From positions 1-64,000 of IMG/VR virus record IMGVR_UViG_2756170261_000003: 64,000 nucleotides of DNA; one strand, 5' to 3'. Positions 10,549-19,655 of this stretch are shown in pieces (position 1 is the first letter of the stretch; the number at the start of each line of letters is the position of its first letter). The translations under genes were made by a program, and so were the position numbers. The notes beneath the pieces are model-generated. The model was not told the origin of the DNA, searched no databases, and worked only from the letters and a program-made list of their open reading frames with translations. This DNA is from a virus (Duplodnaviria; Caudoviricetes).

Positions 10549-11140
10549 AGCAGGCCTTCGTCCAACGAATCACGCAGATGGGCTAGTTTGGCTTCCACGA
10601 TATCTCTGGGTTACTCATCGCAACAATATTTGCGCCATGCCGCCAATCTCAACCGTTGGCAGCCACTGCTTGAATCGTGATTAATCCAGGGCGTACCTTG
10701 GTAGCCCCGTTTCCGCAAGCGCCAAAGTGCCCGGGTTATTCATCTCGGCCAAGCCTACATTGAACGAAACCCCCACTCCCAGCAGCTTGCCCGTTACTTT
10801 GGCAATGGTATCCTAAACGATACCACGCAACGCTATCGACGGCTATTCCTACCCAGGAGACAGTCAGACGACGTGTGGCCAATCCCTCGCCAAGTCAGGT
10901 CATCCTGTGGTGCCAAAGACTATCTGCAAGCCCTTACCAACTCGATATCCCCCCTGCGCTCTCTTGTCGGTGTGGTGCTTTGCCCAATAACAGAAACTTC
11001 TGTTAACATTTTGATTCCGAGCTGACCCAGTAGGCCAACGCATGTATTTATGCGCATGCTGGTTGTCCCCGGAGGCGAAGAGGGCGCTGAAACAGGGCCG
11101 GTTACTATGAACATTCCTCCAGAGTAATTTCCCAAAGCCT

Positions 11141-13192
11141 ATGAACAACGATAATTCTGCGCCTGAGTCATCTTCCGGAGCGGGTTCTGCAGAGATTCCC
11201 CTCATAGATGAAACCGATGAGTTGAAAACCTGGCTTGGCGATGAGTCAAACGAAGGACACGTTGTCCATACCCGACTGAAGACGAGCGATAGGGTAATAG
11301 CACGTGTGACAGACGGCATTTATCGCCAACCATCGTCAGCGCTGCGTGAACTAATTTCCAATGCCTGGGATGCCGACGCCAATGAAGTCACGGTCCTGAC
11401 AGACGCTCCTCGTTTTTCACGTATTTACGTAAGAGACGATGGCATGGGAATGTCATACGAAACGTTATCCCGGCTTGTCCACTCCATCGGTGGAAGCGCA
11501 AAACGACAAGATGACGGTAAAAAACTCGGCGTGACATCTCCAGAGGACTCTGACCGCACGCCTGGCGGGCGCTTGTTAATTGGGAAGATTGGCATCGGTC
11601 TTTTTTCCGTAAGCCAATTGGCACGGCGCTTTCGCATCATCACCAAAGTCCAAGGGAACAATTATCGGCTTATAGCTGAAGTCCGCTTGCGGGCATACTC
11701 CGAAGATGATTGGGACAATGCAGATCGCGATGATGACGACCAGTATGTTAGTGGTGATGTACTCATAACACGTGAATTTTCCGCTGACACTGACGCGCAC
11801 GGCACAGATATCATTCTTGATGACATCAAACCCAGAGTGCGTGACATGCTTCGCAGCGCGGATAGATGGCGCGCGCTTGATGACAAGCAAGAAGCTGAAC
11901 AGTCCGGCGACCTGGATACGGCAACCAGCATCAGCGTTGTGGAACCAAAATTCCACGTCGGCTGGATCGGCGATCTCTCACAAAAGGAGGATCAGCCAGC
12001 GGTCCTGTCTCGTGATCCAGTATTGCCGTGGGATTCCGACGTGCCCGCTGATCAGCGGATGAATCGGCTGATTGATGCTATTGAAAATGAGTCTAAGAAA
12101 ACCGAACGCCCCGACCTTGTCAAAACACTTGATCTGTATCTAGAGACGCTCTGGACTCTCGCATTATCTGTTCCGGTAGGATACGTTGACAAACATCCTT
12201 TCGACTTAACCGAAGACTCTGGCATAGGCCTGTATTGGATATCAAACGAAACCAGAGGCCAGGCCATGGAGCTTACCTTGTCGGGCTCCAAGACGGTTCG
12301 CGACGCCGTTCGTGAGCAGGTTTCAGGACATCCTGAATTGGAAGACGGGAAGTTAACGAAAGCAGGATCGTTCAAAGTGACCATTGACGGAGTGGAGTTA
12401 AAGCGCCCCATCCGTTTCAATTTTGTCAGGTCCACATCCAGGGGATTCGGCAAGCTCGTTCTTTTTGTGGGGCGATATGCGCCCAATTTAGATAAGGTAG
12501 ATCCCGCCTTGCGGGGCGGGTCCTTCGGGCTCGAAGGATATTTACTTTGGAATGGCATGGTAATTCCAAAGGAGAACAATGGTGTTCTCATACGTATCCG
12601 AGGCGCTGCAGGTGCACTTTTTGACCAGACGTTTTTCAAGTACCAAGTCTCAGAACAAACCAGACTTCGTCAGATCACTTCAGAGCTTTTCATCACAAAG
12701 GGTCTGGATGCGGCGCTAAATATAGATCGTGAGTCCTTCAATTTCTCCCACCCGCATGTTCAATTCGTCGCCCTCTGGCTCCATCGCGCTATCAGGCAGC
12801 TTACAAATAAAGCAAAGGATCTCGGAAAAAAAGCCCGCGCAGAAAAACTCGAACAGGCGGCACACGAGAAGCGGGACACCATTACTCAGCAGTCGGAAGG
12901 GGTTTGGTCGGAGAAGAAGGGTGACGAGTTACCTCCCGATATAACCATCGCGGAAACTAGCGATGATGCGGAGTCTGCCCGATCCCAGGGGCACATGGCT
13001 CTGAATCGCGCGGATATACCAATATTGTCTGTGTCGGCACGGGCTCCTGACCGTTCGGATCGAGATATTAAGGCTCAAGCTTTGTTGCGTGTTCTCGCCG
13101 CCTACGGTGCACTTGACGACCGTTCTTATGAGGAGCAACAAGCGCTTGTCCAGGCCATTCTTCAAATTTTCTTGGAAGCTCCTGGTAAATGA
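11141..13192 (+). CDS. GHKL/MORC-type ATPase (HATPase + S5-like domain + helical C-terminus)
   Basis: RELISNAWDADA, DDGMGMS, IGKIGIGLFS, HGT; S5-like NGVLIRIRG...LNIDRESF. Confidence 0.85.
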   Translation: MNNDNSAPESSSGAGSAEIPLIDETDELKTWLGDESNEGHVVHTRLKTSDRVIARVTDGIYRQPSSALRELISNAWDADANEVTVLTDAPRFSRIYVRDDGMGMSYETLSRLVHSIGGSAKRQDDGKKLGVTSPEDSDRTPGGRLLIGKIGIGLFSVSQLARRFRIITKVQGNNYRLIAEVRLRAYSEDDWDNADRDDDDQYVSGDVLITREFSADTDAHGTDIILDDIKPRVRDMLRSADRWRALDDKQEAEQSGDLDTATSISVVEPKFHVGWIGDLSQKEDQPAVLSRDPVLPWDSDVPADQRMNRLIDAIENESKKTERPDLVKTLDLYLETLWTLALSVPVGYVDKHPFDLTEDSGIGLYWISNETRGQAMELTLSGSKTVRDAVREQVSGHPELEDGKLTKAGSFKVTIDGVELKRPIRFNFVRSTSRGFGKLVLFVGRYAPNLDKVDPALRGGSFGLEGYLLWNGMVIPKENNGVLIRIRGAAGALFDQTFFKYQVSEQTRLRQITSELFITKGLDAALNIDRESFNFSHPHVQFVALWLHRAIRQLTNKAKDLGKKARAEKLEQAAHEKRDTITQQSEGVWSEKKGDELPPDITIAETSDDAESARSQGHMALNRADIPILSVSARAPDRSDRDIKAQALLRVLAAYGALDDRSYEEQQALVQAILQIFLEAPGK

Positions 13193-14460
13193 CCGGCAAT
13201 AATCAAACCAATACGGGAAATGGCGATGGCGACGTTCAGGAAGAAGACATCCTAGCGGTGTATGGTACTCAGGACCCTGTCACCAATGATCTGATCCATT
13301 TCACAGAGCGCAAACGTAACTTTGCGCCGTGGCACCATCCCGTGAAACAGATTGTCCGGGATCGCCAATGGGCCACGCTAACCGAAAGGCTTATACGCGA
13401 GAGGATATCTTCCGGAGGGCCTCCGCAGGTATTAAGATATTTCACTCTTCCCGGGCAGGATTTACTCGATGTCAAAGTTCTCATAGAGGCCTGCACGCCA
13501 TTTAATGTCAGAATTGAGTATTTTGGATTCAATTCAGCAACTGTGGGAGAAGAGGAAAGTGGCAATACCGACACGACCACGACGGGAAACGCCCCCTGGG
13601 TAATGACCGAGTCTGCCCTTCGCCAAGCAGGGCACATTACCTCGGAGGCAATCATTCACCCGGATCGGCTGGAAGATATCGCGTTGAACCATTCGCACGC
13701 CGCATCGCAGCTGCGAACCCGTGCAACCTTCGACGTCATTAATATTGACGCGTGTGATCATCTTGCATATGCCCCTGCTGGCCGAAACCACAGCACTTTT
13801 GACGCTCTGCAGGCTTTGCTTTGTCATCAGATGCCAGCGCAGAAACCATGGCTTCTATTTTTAACAACTCGGGTCGATCCTGATCTACTTGGACAACCCG
13901 GAATTAACTTTCAAAGTGCGATCAACCAGAACTTGGGAGTTTCCCAGAGTGGATTTGGGGCGGCATTGGCTGAATGCCTTGATGCCGAAGAATTAAAGCT
14001 CGCCACTGAGCTTAACACCACATGGCGTAATCATGACACACGCTTTCTCAAACTCTACAGTGTCGGCCTGGGCAAGTTTTTGCTCCAGTTTTTCTCTGGC
14101 CAACCAAATTTACCAGCCAACGTGGAGTTGGCCAGTGTTTACGCCTATCGCGTTCACAAGGACGAACCAGATATGCTTGCCTTAGCCTTCCGGATTATTC
14201 CGGACGGGCCGCGCGTATATCCTCCGAGCGTCGGGGGCGCGGCCGTCATACCAAATTTAGAGCCCGCTCGTGCGGTCCGGGTGGCTCAACGAGCTATGAG
14301 GCTTTGCGATATTGATGACGCTCTGGAGAAGGAGGATGATCTCCGTGAAGCTGCGATAGCAGGAACACAAAAATTACTTCAGGGATCCAATTATGATATC
14401 GATGAATGGCATAAATGGTTGGCCACCCACGATAAACGCCCATTGATTATAGGAGTCTGA
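13189..14460 (+). CDS. Uncharacterised protein with Rossmann/SAM-binding-like motifs (resembles PP_RS20740-type proteins)
   Basis: YFTLPGQDLLDV and FDVINIDAC; ATGA-coupled to the ATPase. Confidence 0.6.
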   Translation: MTGNNQTNTGNGDGDVQEEDILAVYGTQDPVTNDLIHFTERKRNFAPWHHPVKQIVRDRQWATLTERLIRERISSGGPPQVLRYFTLPGQDLLDVKVLIEACTPFNVRIEYFGFNSATVGEEESGNTDTTTTGNAPWVMTESALRQAGHITSEAIIHPDRLEDIALNHSHAASQLRTRATFDVINIDACDHLAYAPAGRNHSTFDALQALLCHQMPAQKPWLLFLTTRVDPDLLGQPGINFQSAINQNLGVSQSGFGAALAECLDAEELKLATELNTTWRNHDTRFLKLYSVGLGKFLLQFFSGQPNLPANVELASVYAYRVHKDEPDMLALAFRIIPDGPRVYPPSVGGAAVIPNLEPARAVRVAQRAMRLCDIDDALEKEDDLREAAIAGTQKLLQGSNYDIDEWHKWLATHDKRPLIIGV

Positions 14461-14478
14461 TTATTGATAGATATACCA

Positions 14479-15627
14479 TCAATTCTCAAGGACATCAGCT
14501 TTACAGTTCTTTCCGACTTTTAGAGCTCTTTTAACCGCGCTGGCGATACTTTTTCCCAACGGCGGTGGAACAGCATTAGAGACTTGCTCCACTTGCTCAG
14601 AAAGATTCCCCTCAAGCACAAAGCTCTTAGGAAACCCTTGCAGCAACATGGCCTCATAAATACTTAAGCGTCTTGTTCCGTTCGGGTGGACATGAATTTC
14701 CCGATGCCCATAAGCCACCGTCGGGCTTGGCTGGTCCCACTCCAATCGCTTAAAGCTACGCCCATCAGAAAATGAAGCCCCCGGGTTCGAAAATTTCAAT
14801 GACTTGGGGCGCATCGTCCAGTGGTTAGCGTGGACTGGGATATCCACTGCAGTCAATTTTCTATCAAAATACTTAGGAGCGGGCAACCCTTCTATCGCCT
14901 CCCGGACCGTTTTCTTTCCTGCTTTCCTGACAGGCCGAACAGCTGCATATCCTTGTCCATCGCGCATAGCAGAAAGAATTATCCGACGCCGGTTCTGAGG
15001 CACCCCGAAATCCAAGGAGCACAATTCTTTTTCTGTGACATCAAAATCGAGGGTTCTCAGCCCCTCGACCAGTTCCTTATACTTTGCGGCATGCTTTCTA
15101 TCCCGGATGCCAAGCACATTCTCAAAAACTACAAACTCAACGGTATATTCTTGCTGCAGTCTTTCAACAATATCGAGATATAGTTTCGGCAGCTCATTTC
15201 GCGGGTCATCAGCAGAAGAAGCCGTGTTCGCTCTTGAAAAGCCTTGACAAGGAGGTCCACCAATCACGCCAATTCGTGCACCTACAGGCACAGACTCACG
15301 GACAAGCTCAAGAGTCCCAACTGGCTGAAGCTGGATTAAATCAGCCGCAACGCTGCGTGTCATTGGAAAGTTCCTCTTGTGAGTCCGTATTGCAGCTTCC
15401 GAAATATCTATAGCAAGTGCGACATGAAAACCTTCCTGGTGAAAGCCCCAGTCCAGCCCTCCCGCCCCCGAAAACAAACTAACGACTTGCGGCAAGGCTG
15501 GGTGGGTGTCCCGCTCTATTGCCAACTTTGAATTAGCAGCCCTATGCTTCGAGCCCGTTTTAGCAACTTGGCCCGCGATGAAAGTAGTGGTGTCCACTAC
15601 GCGGCCTCCAGTGCTGCTACGGTACAT
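14479..15627 (-). CDS. DNA cytosine-C5 methyltransferase (second; start uncertain)
   Basis: SLFSGAGG, GGPPCQGFS, FENV, QNRRR, RRLSIYEAMLLQGFP, SNAVPP. Confidence 0.92.
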   Translation of the reverse strand: MYRSSTGGRVVDTTTFIAGQVAKTGSKHRAANSKLAIERDTHPALPQVVSLFSGAGGLDWGFHQEGFHVALAIDISEAAIRTHKRNFPMTRSVAADLIQLQPVGTLELVRESVPVGARIGVIGGPPCQGFSRANTASSADDPRNELPKLYLDIVERLQQEYTVEFVVFENVLGIRDRKHAAKYKELVEGLRTLDFDVTEKELCSLDFGVPQNRRRIILSAMRDGQGYAAVRPVRKAGKKTVREAIEGLPAPKYFDRKLTAVDIPVHANHWTMRPKSLKFSNPGASFSDGRSFKRLEWDQPSPTVAYGHREIHVHPNGTRRLSIYEAMLLQGFPKSFVLEGNLSEQVEQVSNAVPPPLGKSIASAVKRALKVGKNCKADVLEN

Positions 15628-16003
15628 ATTAAGAGCGTTGGAATAATTGCGTCTCTATACATTTGACTTATCTCGCCATCTTCTGGCATAAACGAACGGG
15701 ACACTGACAATGCCACAAAGTAATCTACGCGAGTTTAGCCTGAATGGGTACCTAGTACGCCCAGAAGAAGCGATGGCGCCAGCCAACCACCCCGCAAACG
15801 GATCTATCGCTGATAGCCAGAGAAGCTTTCATTTAGCATAGTATCTTGTAGGATACCATTTTGCATGTTTTTCCGACAGCTCATGGCAATGATCACTATC
15901 GTGTAGGCAGAGCGCCGCCAATCGATCCTCATAAAGCGGGTACTCCCTCCACGGACTGCACCGACACCTTGCTGGCAGGCCTTCCTACCCAAAACTTGAC
16001 GGG

Positions 16004-16240
16004 TCAACATTCCTCACATTCGTCAATCAGGCGGGCGACATCGCTTGCACGAAAATATACACGCCGTCCAATCTTTCTCTTAAGTGGCCCCCATATCCGA
16101 GCAAATTCCGAGTTGCCTAACATCGCTACGCGCACCCCATCCCGACTACGTTTGAGAACATCTGACAGTTCATCGAGAGATAAAAGGATACCGTAGCGCT
16201 CAACCAACTGTTCTTCCGTCTTAGTTCTTGCAACTGTCAT
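16004..16240 (-). CDS. Excisionase/AlpA-like HTH DNA-binding protein
   Basis: LLSLDELSDVL...RKIGRRVYFRASDV; ATGA overlap with integrase stop. Confidence 0.75.
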   Translation of the reverse strand: MTVARTKTEEQLVERYGILLSLDELSDVLKRSRDGVRVAMLGNSEFARIWGPLKRKIGRRVYFRASDVARLIDECEEC

Positions 16241-17574
16241 GACTGCTCCTCCTTCGACATTTCTGCGTGCTTGGTCCCGGGCGGAATCGCGCGGTCCAGC
16301 ACCCGACGATGTCGATAAGGTTGGTACTTCCCCAAGCTAGTGCGTTCTCTTGCCTGATCAGTTGGGACTGGCACAATCTGTGATGCAACTCCCTCTAGAC
16401 TTGCTCCAACCAGCTCCTTACGCAAGTGCGCCACGCGCTCAGCGGCCTCCCGCACAGGGTTATCTTCAGCATGCACGTACCGCATGAACATGGCAGCTGT
16501 TTTATGCGCCGTCAACGCCATCCCGATTTTGACGGACACACCTGAGTTGGCGATGTCGGTAGCTGCTCGATGTCGGATGCCGTGCGTGCCAACATGGGGA
16601 ACCCCCGCACGCTCGAGAATTCGCACCCACCCGTTCTTATAGGTGCCCTCGGACATCGGCTGATCACCACGAAAGACACTCGGGCAGACATAAGGCGATC
16701 CTTTAATGCGCGGCGCCGAGGACAGAAGCTGATATGCATCTTCGCTCATGGGTTTGGAAATTTTCCCCGTCTTGCTGTCCGGCCACTCGACGCGGCGATT
16801 TTCAAGGTCTACCCATGCCCATTCCAACAGCCTGATCTCAGACATACGTGCTGCGAAGGAGAACTGCAGACGTATGCCCAAGGTCAGTAGCGGATGCTCC
16901 AGACCCTCCTGATCCGCACGATCCAGATATGCGTAGATGCGTACCAGCTCCTCATCGGTGATAAAGCGGGTCTTCCCCTTCTCTGGGTACATCGGTATAT
17001 GACGGCAAGGATTCGAGCCATCCGGACGATAACCCCAGACCTCCGCCATGTTAAGCATCTTGCGCAGGCATGCAAAAGCCCGGTTGATCGTGGAAGGGAT
17101 GCGCGAATAGGCGCGCATCATCTCGCTCACATCGGCGCGTGTCAGATCAGGCACCTTGATGCGGCCCAAAGTCGGAATGATGTAGCGATTGATATGGTCT
17201 TGGTAGGTCTGGACCGTGCTTGGCTTGTTGCGAGGCGTCGAATACTCCTCGATAAACTGCTTGCACAATTCCTTGACCGTCAACGCTCGGCGGGCCGCGA
17301 CTTTTGCCGCACTGGGATCGTGCCCCTTGCGAATATCGGCAAGCCAGTCCCGTGCAATTTCGCGCGCCTGGTCAACGGTCAACTCCCCAAAGCGGCCGAT
17401 GGTCGGCTTGCGACGCTCACCCGCATTTGTGCGATACTGAAGGGCAAATATCTTCTTGCCCTTGGTGGTGACTTTGCAGACAAAGCCAGGAACGAGCGTG
17501 TCACGCAGTTCGTAATCCTTGCCAGCCGCTGCAGCGGTTTCCACAACGGTTTTGGTTAGCTTCAAAATAGCCAT
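16237..17574 (-). CDS. Tyrosine integrase with N-terminal arm-binding domain
   Basis: Catalytic ARMSE, SKTG, HGIRH, AHK, RY; GGAGG RBS; adjacent to tRNA fragment. Confidence 0.93.
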   Translation of the reverse strand: MAILKLTKTVVETAAAAGKDYELRDTLVPGFVCKVTTKGKKIFALQYRTNAGERRKPTIGRFGELTVDQAREIARDWLADIRKGHDPSAAKVAARRALTVKELCKQFIEEYSTPRNKPSTVQTYQDHINRYIIPTLGRIKVPDLTRADVSEMMRAYSRIPSTINRAFACLRKMLNMAEVWGYRPDGSNPCRHIPMYPEKGKTRFITDEELVRIYAYLDRADQEGLEHPLLTLGIRLQFSFAARMSEIRLLEWAWVDLENRRVEWPDSKTGKISKPMSEDAYQLLSSAPRIKGSPYVCPSVFRGDQPMSEGTYKNGWVRILERAGVPHVGTHGIRHRAATDIANSGVSVKIGMALTAHKTAAMFMRYVHAEDNPVREAAERVAHLRKELVGASLEGVASQIVPVPTDQARERTSLGKYQPYRHRRVLDRAIPPGTKHAEMSKEEQS

Positions 17575-17599
17575 AACGCCTCCTGTAAATGACGATTTC

Positions 17600-17620
17600 T
17601 AGGAACCAAATAGGAGCCAA
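17600..17620. repeat. Tandem direct repeat TAGGA(A/G)CCAA x2, candidate arm sites for island integrase
   Basis: 17600-17609 and 17611-17620, between integrase start and att core. Confidence 0.45.
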
Positions 17621-17749
17621 GAGAGAGCGAAACTCACCCTAAATCGTCCAACTACAGCGTAATGCTAAATTGACCCGACCCTCCGGAAAACCAAGCCTGG
17701 CGCGGCTTAGCGGGTTCCAGCGGGTTTTATCATCTCAAATTTTGGCATT

Positions 17750-17802
17750 CTCAAAATCCCCCGCCGCAAGGCGTGCCGGTTCGATTCCGGCCCCGGGCAC
17801 CA
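17750..17802 (+). tRNA. 3' half of tRNA-Leu(CAA): att duplication, not a complete tRNA
   Basis: CTCAAAATCCCCCGCCGCAAGGCGTGCCGGTTCGATTCCGGCCCCGGGCACCA has anticodon loop, long variable arm, T-loop and CCA; 5' half missing. Confidence 0.88.
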
Positions 17803-17816
17803 TTTCAAAAACAGCG

Positions 17817-17849
17817 AAACCCCTATAAGCGATTGATTTATAGGGGTTT
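17817..17849. terminator. 12-bp inverted repeat after tRNA fragment (terminator-like)
   Basis: AAACCCCTATAA-9nt-TTATAGGGGTTT followed by T-rich tract. Confidence 0.6.
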
Positions 17850-17870
17850 TCTGTTTCTTACGGCTGTCAT

Positions 17871-17962
17871 TCTTGGGGACGCAATAAGCCGAAAACGGTA
17901 GAAATCTTCCTATGTGGAATATTTGAATGTCCCCAGGCTGTCCCCTATACTTGTCCCCAAGA
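17871..17962. repeat. TGTCCCC(A/T) x3 direct plus one inverted copy, candidate prophage integrase arm sites
   Basis: 17928-35, 17939-46, 17952-59; TCTTGGGGAC (17871-80) is the exact reverse complement of 17953-62. Confidence 0.55.
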
Positions 17963-17982
17963 TCACTACAGGGGCCGTCAAA

Positions 17983-19104
17983 ATGGCATCATATGAACAG
18001 CGCGGATCATCGACGCGCGCCGTGGTACGCCTGCCAGGCGGAGGGAAAAAAACCAAGACTTTCGACACCAAGCGCGAAGCGCAGGCGTGGGCGGAAGGAA
18101 TGGAGAAGAAAAAGCTCATAGGCACGCTCACGTCCAGCAAGTCAATAACGGTCGGCGACCTCTTCGAGGCCTACATGCCCATAGCCGAAAAGGAAGACGG
18201 CGGGCGCTGGAACAAGCTTCGGATCATGAAGTGGCTGGAAGACAGGATATTGTGCAAAAAGCCCCTGCCCGAGGTCATTACCCATGACATTGACGAATGG
18301 ATTGTCCGGCGGCTGGATATTCCGAACGAGCAAACCGGAGAGCCAATATCTGGCTCTACAGTGAACCGCGAACTGAACCTCATGAGCGGCGCTTTCGCCT
18401 ACGCCATCAAGACGCGCAAGTGGATAAAAGAGAATCCCTGTCACGGGGCGAACCGCCCGGAAGACAACCCCAGCCGGCGCAATAAACCGCTTCTCACGGC
18501 AGATCAGATCAAGGAAATCCGAATCACGACCGGGGTTGATGCAGATCCGAAGCTTGAAACCATCACGGCCCGGGTTGGGGCAACATTTTTGCTCGCCCTT
18601 GAAACGGGAATGCGCTCGGGCGAGATACTGCGGCTTAGGCCTGAGGACTACCAAAAGAAGAAGCGCACCGTCCACGTCCGGGCCATTGAAAAAGGCGGAA
18701 GAAAGGGGGCCAGAAGCGGCAGGAACACCACCACGGCAGCGCGCAACGTTCCCCTGACGGCCAGGGCAATCGAGCTGCTAGACCTGCTTCTGAAAACCAT
18801 GCCGGCGGATCAAAAGCCCCGCCCGGAACTTGGGTTTTCGTACCCGCCATATATAGTTGGCCTCAACGACAGGCAGCGCGACGCGAACTGGCGCAAGGCG
18901 CGCGACAAGACCTCTATCGAGAACCTGCACTACCACGACACCAAGCATGAGGCCGCTACCCGCCTTTCTAAGTTCCTCGACGTGCTGGCCCTGTCTCACG
19001 CCATCGGCACAAAAGACCTGCGGCTGCTGCGCGACACCTACTACAACGACGACGCCGAACAGGCCGCATCGCTGCTTCCTGAACGGCTCGCGATTCACGC
19101 ATAA
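17983..19104 (+). CDS. Prophage tyrosine integrase (Rci/HP1-like)
   Basis: MASYEQRG start; TVNRELN, LALETGMRSGE, HYHDTKHEAATRL, DTYY. Confidence 0.88.
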   Translation: MASYEQRGSSTRAVVRLPGGGKKTKTFDTKREAQAWAEGMEKKKLIGTLTSSKSITVGDLFEAYMPIAEKEDGGRWNKLRIMKWLEDRILCKKPLPEVITHDIDEWIVRRLDIPNEQTGEPISGSTVNRELNLMSGAFAYAIKTRKWIKENPCHGANRPEDNPSRRNKPLLTADQIKEIRITTGVDADPKLETITARVGATFLLALETGMRSGEILRLRPEDYQKKKRTVHVRAIEKGGRKGARSGRNTTTAARNVPLTARAIELLDLLLKTMPADQKPRPELGFSYPPYIVGLNDRQRDANWRKARDKTSIENLHYHDTKHEAATRLSKFLDVLALSHAIGTKDLRLLRDTYYNDDAEQAASLLPERLAIHA

Positions 19105-19113
19105 GGCATTGAA

Positions 19114-19602
19114 ATGACTGAAATACCAATGGATGAAATGCAGGCTGACATACTCGCCTCTATCAATAATTTTGCACTCGGTCGGCCCGTGAGGAATTCG
19201 ACCCTGGCCGAAGTCAGGGATATTGCCAGAACGTACTTCCGAGACCGCTACGCAAGGGGCGAGTTTTCGTTGATATTTGATGGGGCTATGGTCACTGGGA
19301 TCAAGGCCAAGCTTGGGGATACGCCGGACAAGCTTGATTTGTCCTATGAAACGGATTTTTTCCCGCGCGCCAGGTACGCAGGGCAATCCGGCGACTGCAT
19401 CGTGCTCGGCTTCCACGGCAACTACGACCTGTACTACGCCGCCCAGGGGGATTTGCCCGGTACGCTGGTTGCCCGGTACGGGAATAGTGGCGCGGACTAT
19501 GAATCAGCAAACCCGTGGTTGCTGTCGTGGGAACAGGTGGCTGAATCTGGAGCGCATTTTCATGAGGCGCTTCGGCGCGCAAAGACCCTCGGATGCATAT
19601 AG
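19114..19602 (+). CDS. Hypothetical protein (moron-like, downstream of integrase)
   Basis: 162-aa ORF ending at a terminator. Confidence 0.65.
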   Translation: MTEIPMDEMQADILASINNFALGRPVRNSTLAEVRDIARTYFRDRYARGEFSLIFDGAMVTGIKAKLGDTPDKLDLSYETDFFPRARYAGQSGDCIVLGFHGNYDLYYAAQGDLPGTLVARYGNSGADYESANPWLLSWEQVAESGAHFHEALRRAKTLGCI

Positions 19603-19618
19603 ATTGAACCGACGCTCC

Positions 19619-19651
19619 AAAAGCCCACGGCATAGGCCCGTGGGCTTTTTT
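19619..19651. terminator. Bidirectional intrinsic terminator
   Basis: AAAAGCCCACGG-CATAGGC-CCGTGGGCTTTTTT between convergent genes. Confidence 0.85.
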
Positions 19652-19655
19652 CGTT

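Larger units (their letters stand above)
1..17802. mobile_element. Integrative defence island (right part; left boundary outside window) ending at tRNA-Leu-derived att site
   Basis: Tyrosine integrase + excisionase adjacent to a tRNA 3' fragment; cargo is mostly defence/RM genes; ~9.8-16 kb is visibly AT-richer than the flanks. Confidence 0.85.

Noticed and set aside
17750-17802. Functional tRNA gene
   Set aside because: Acceptor 5' strand and D arm are missing; it is an att duplication.
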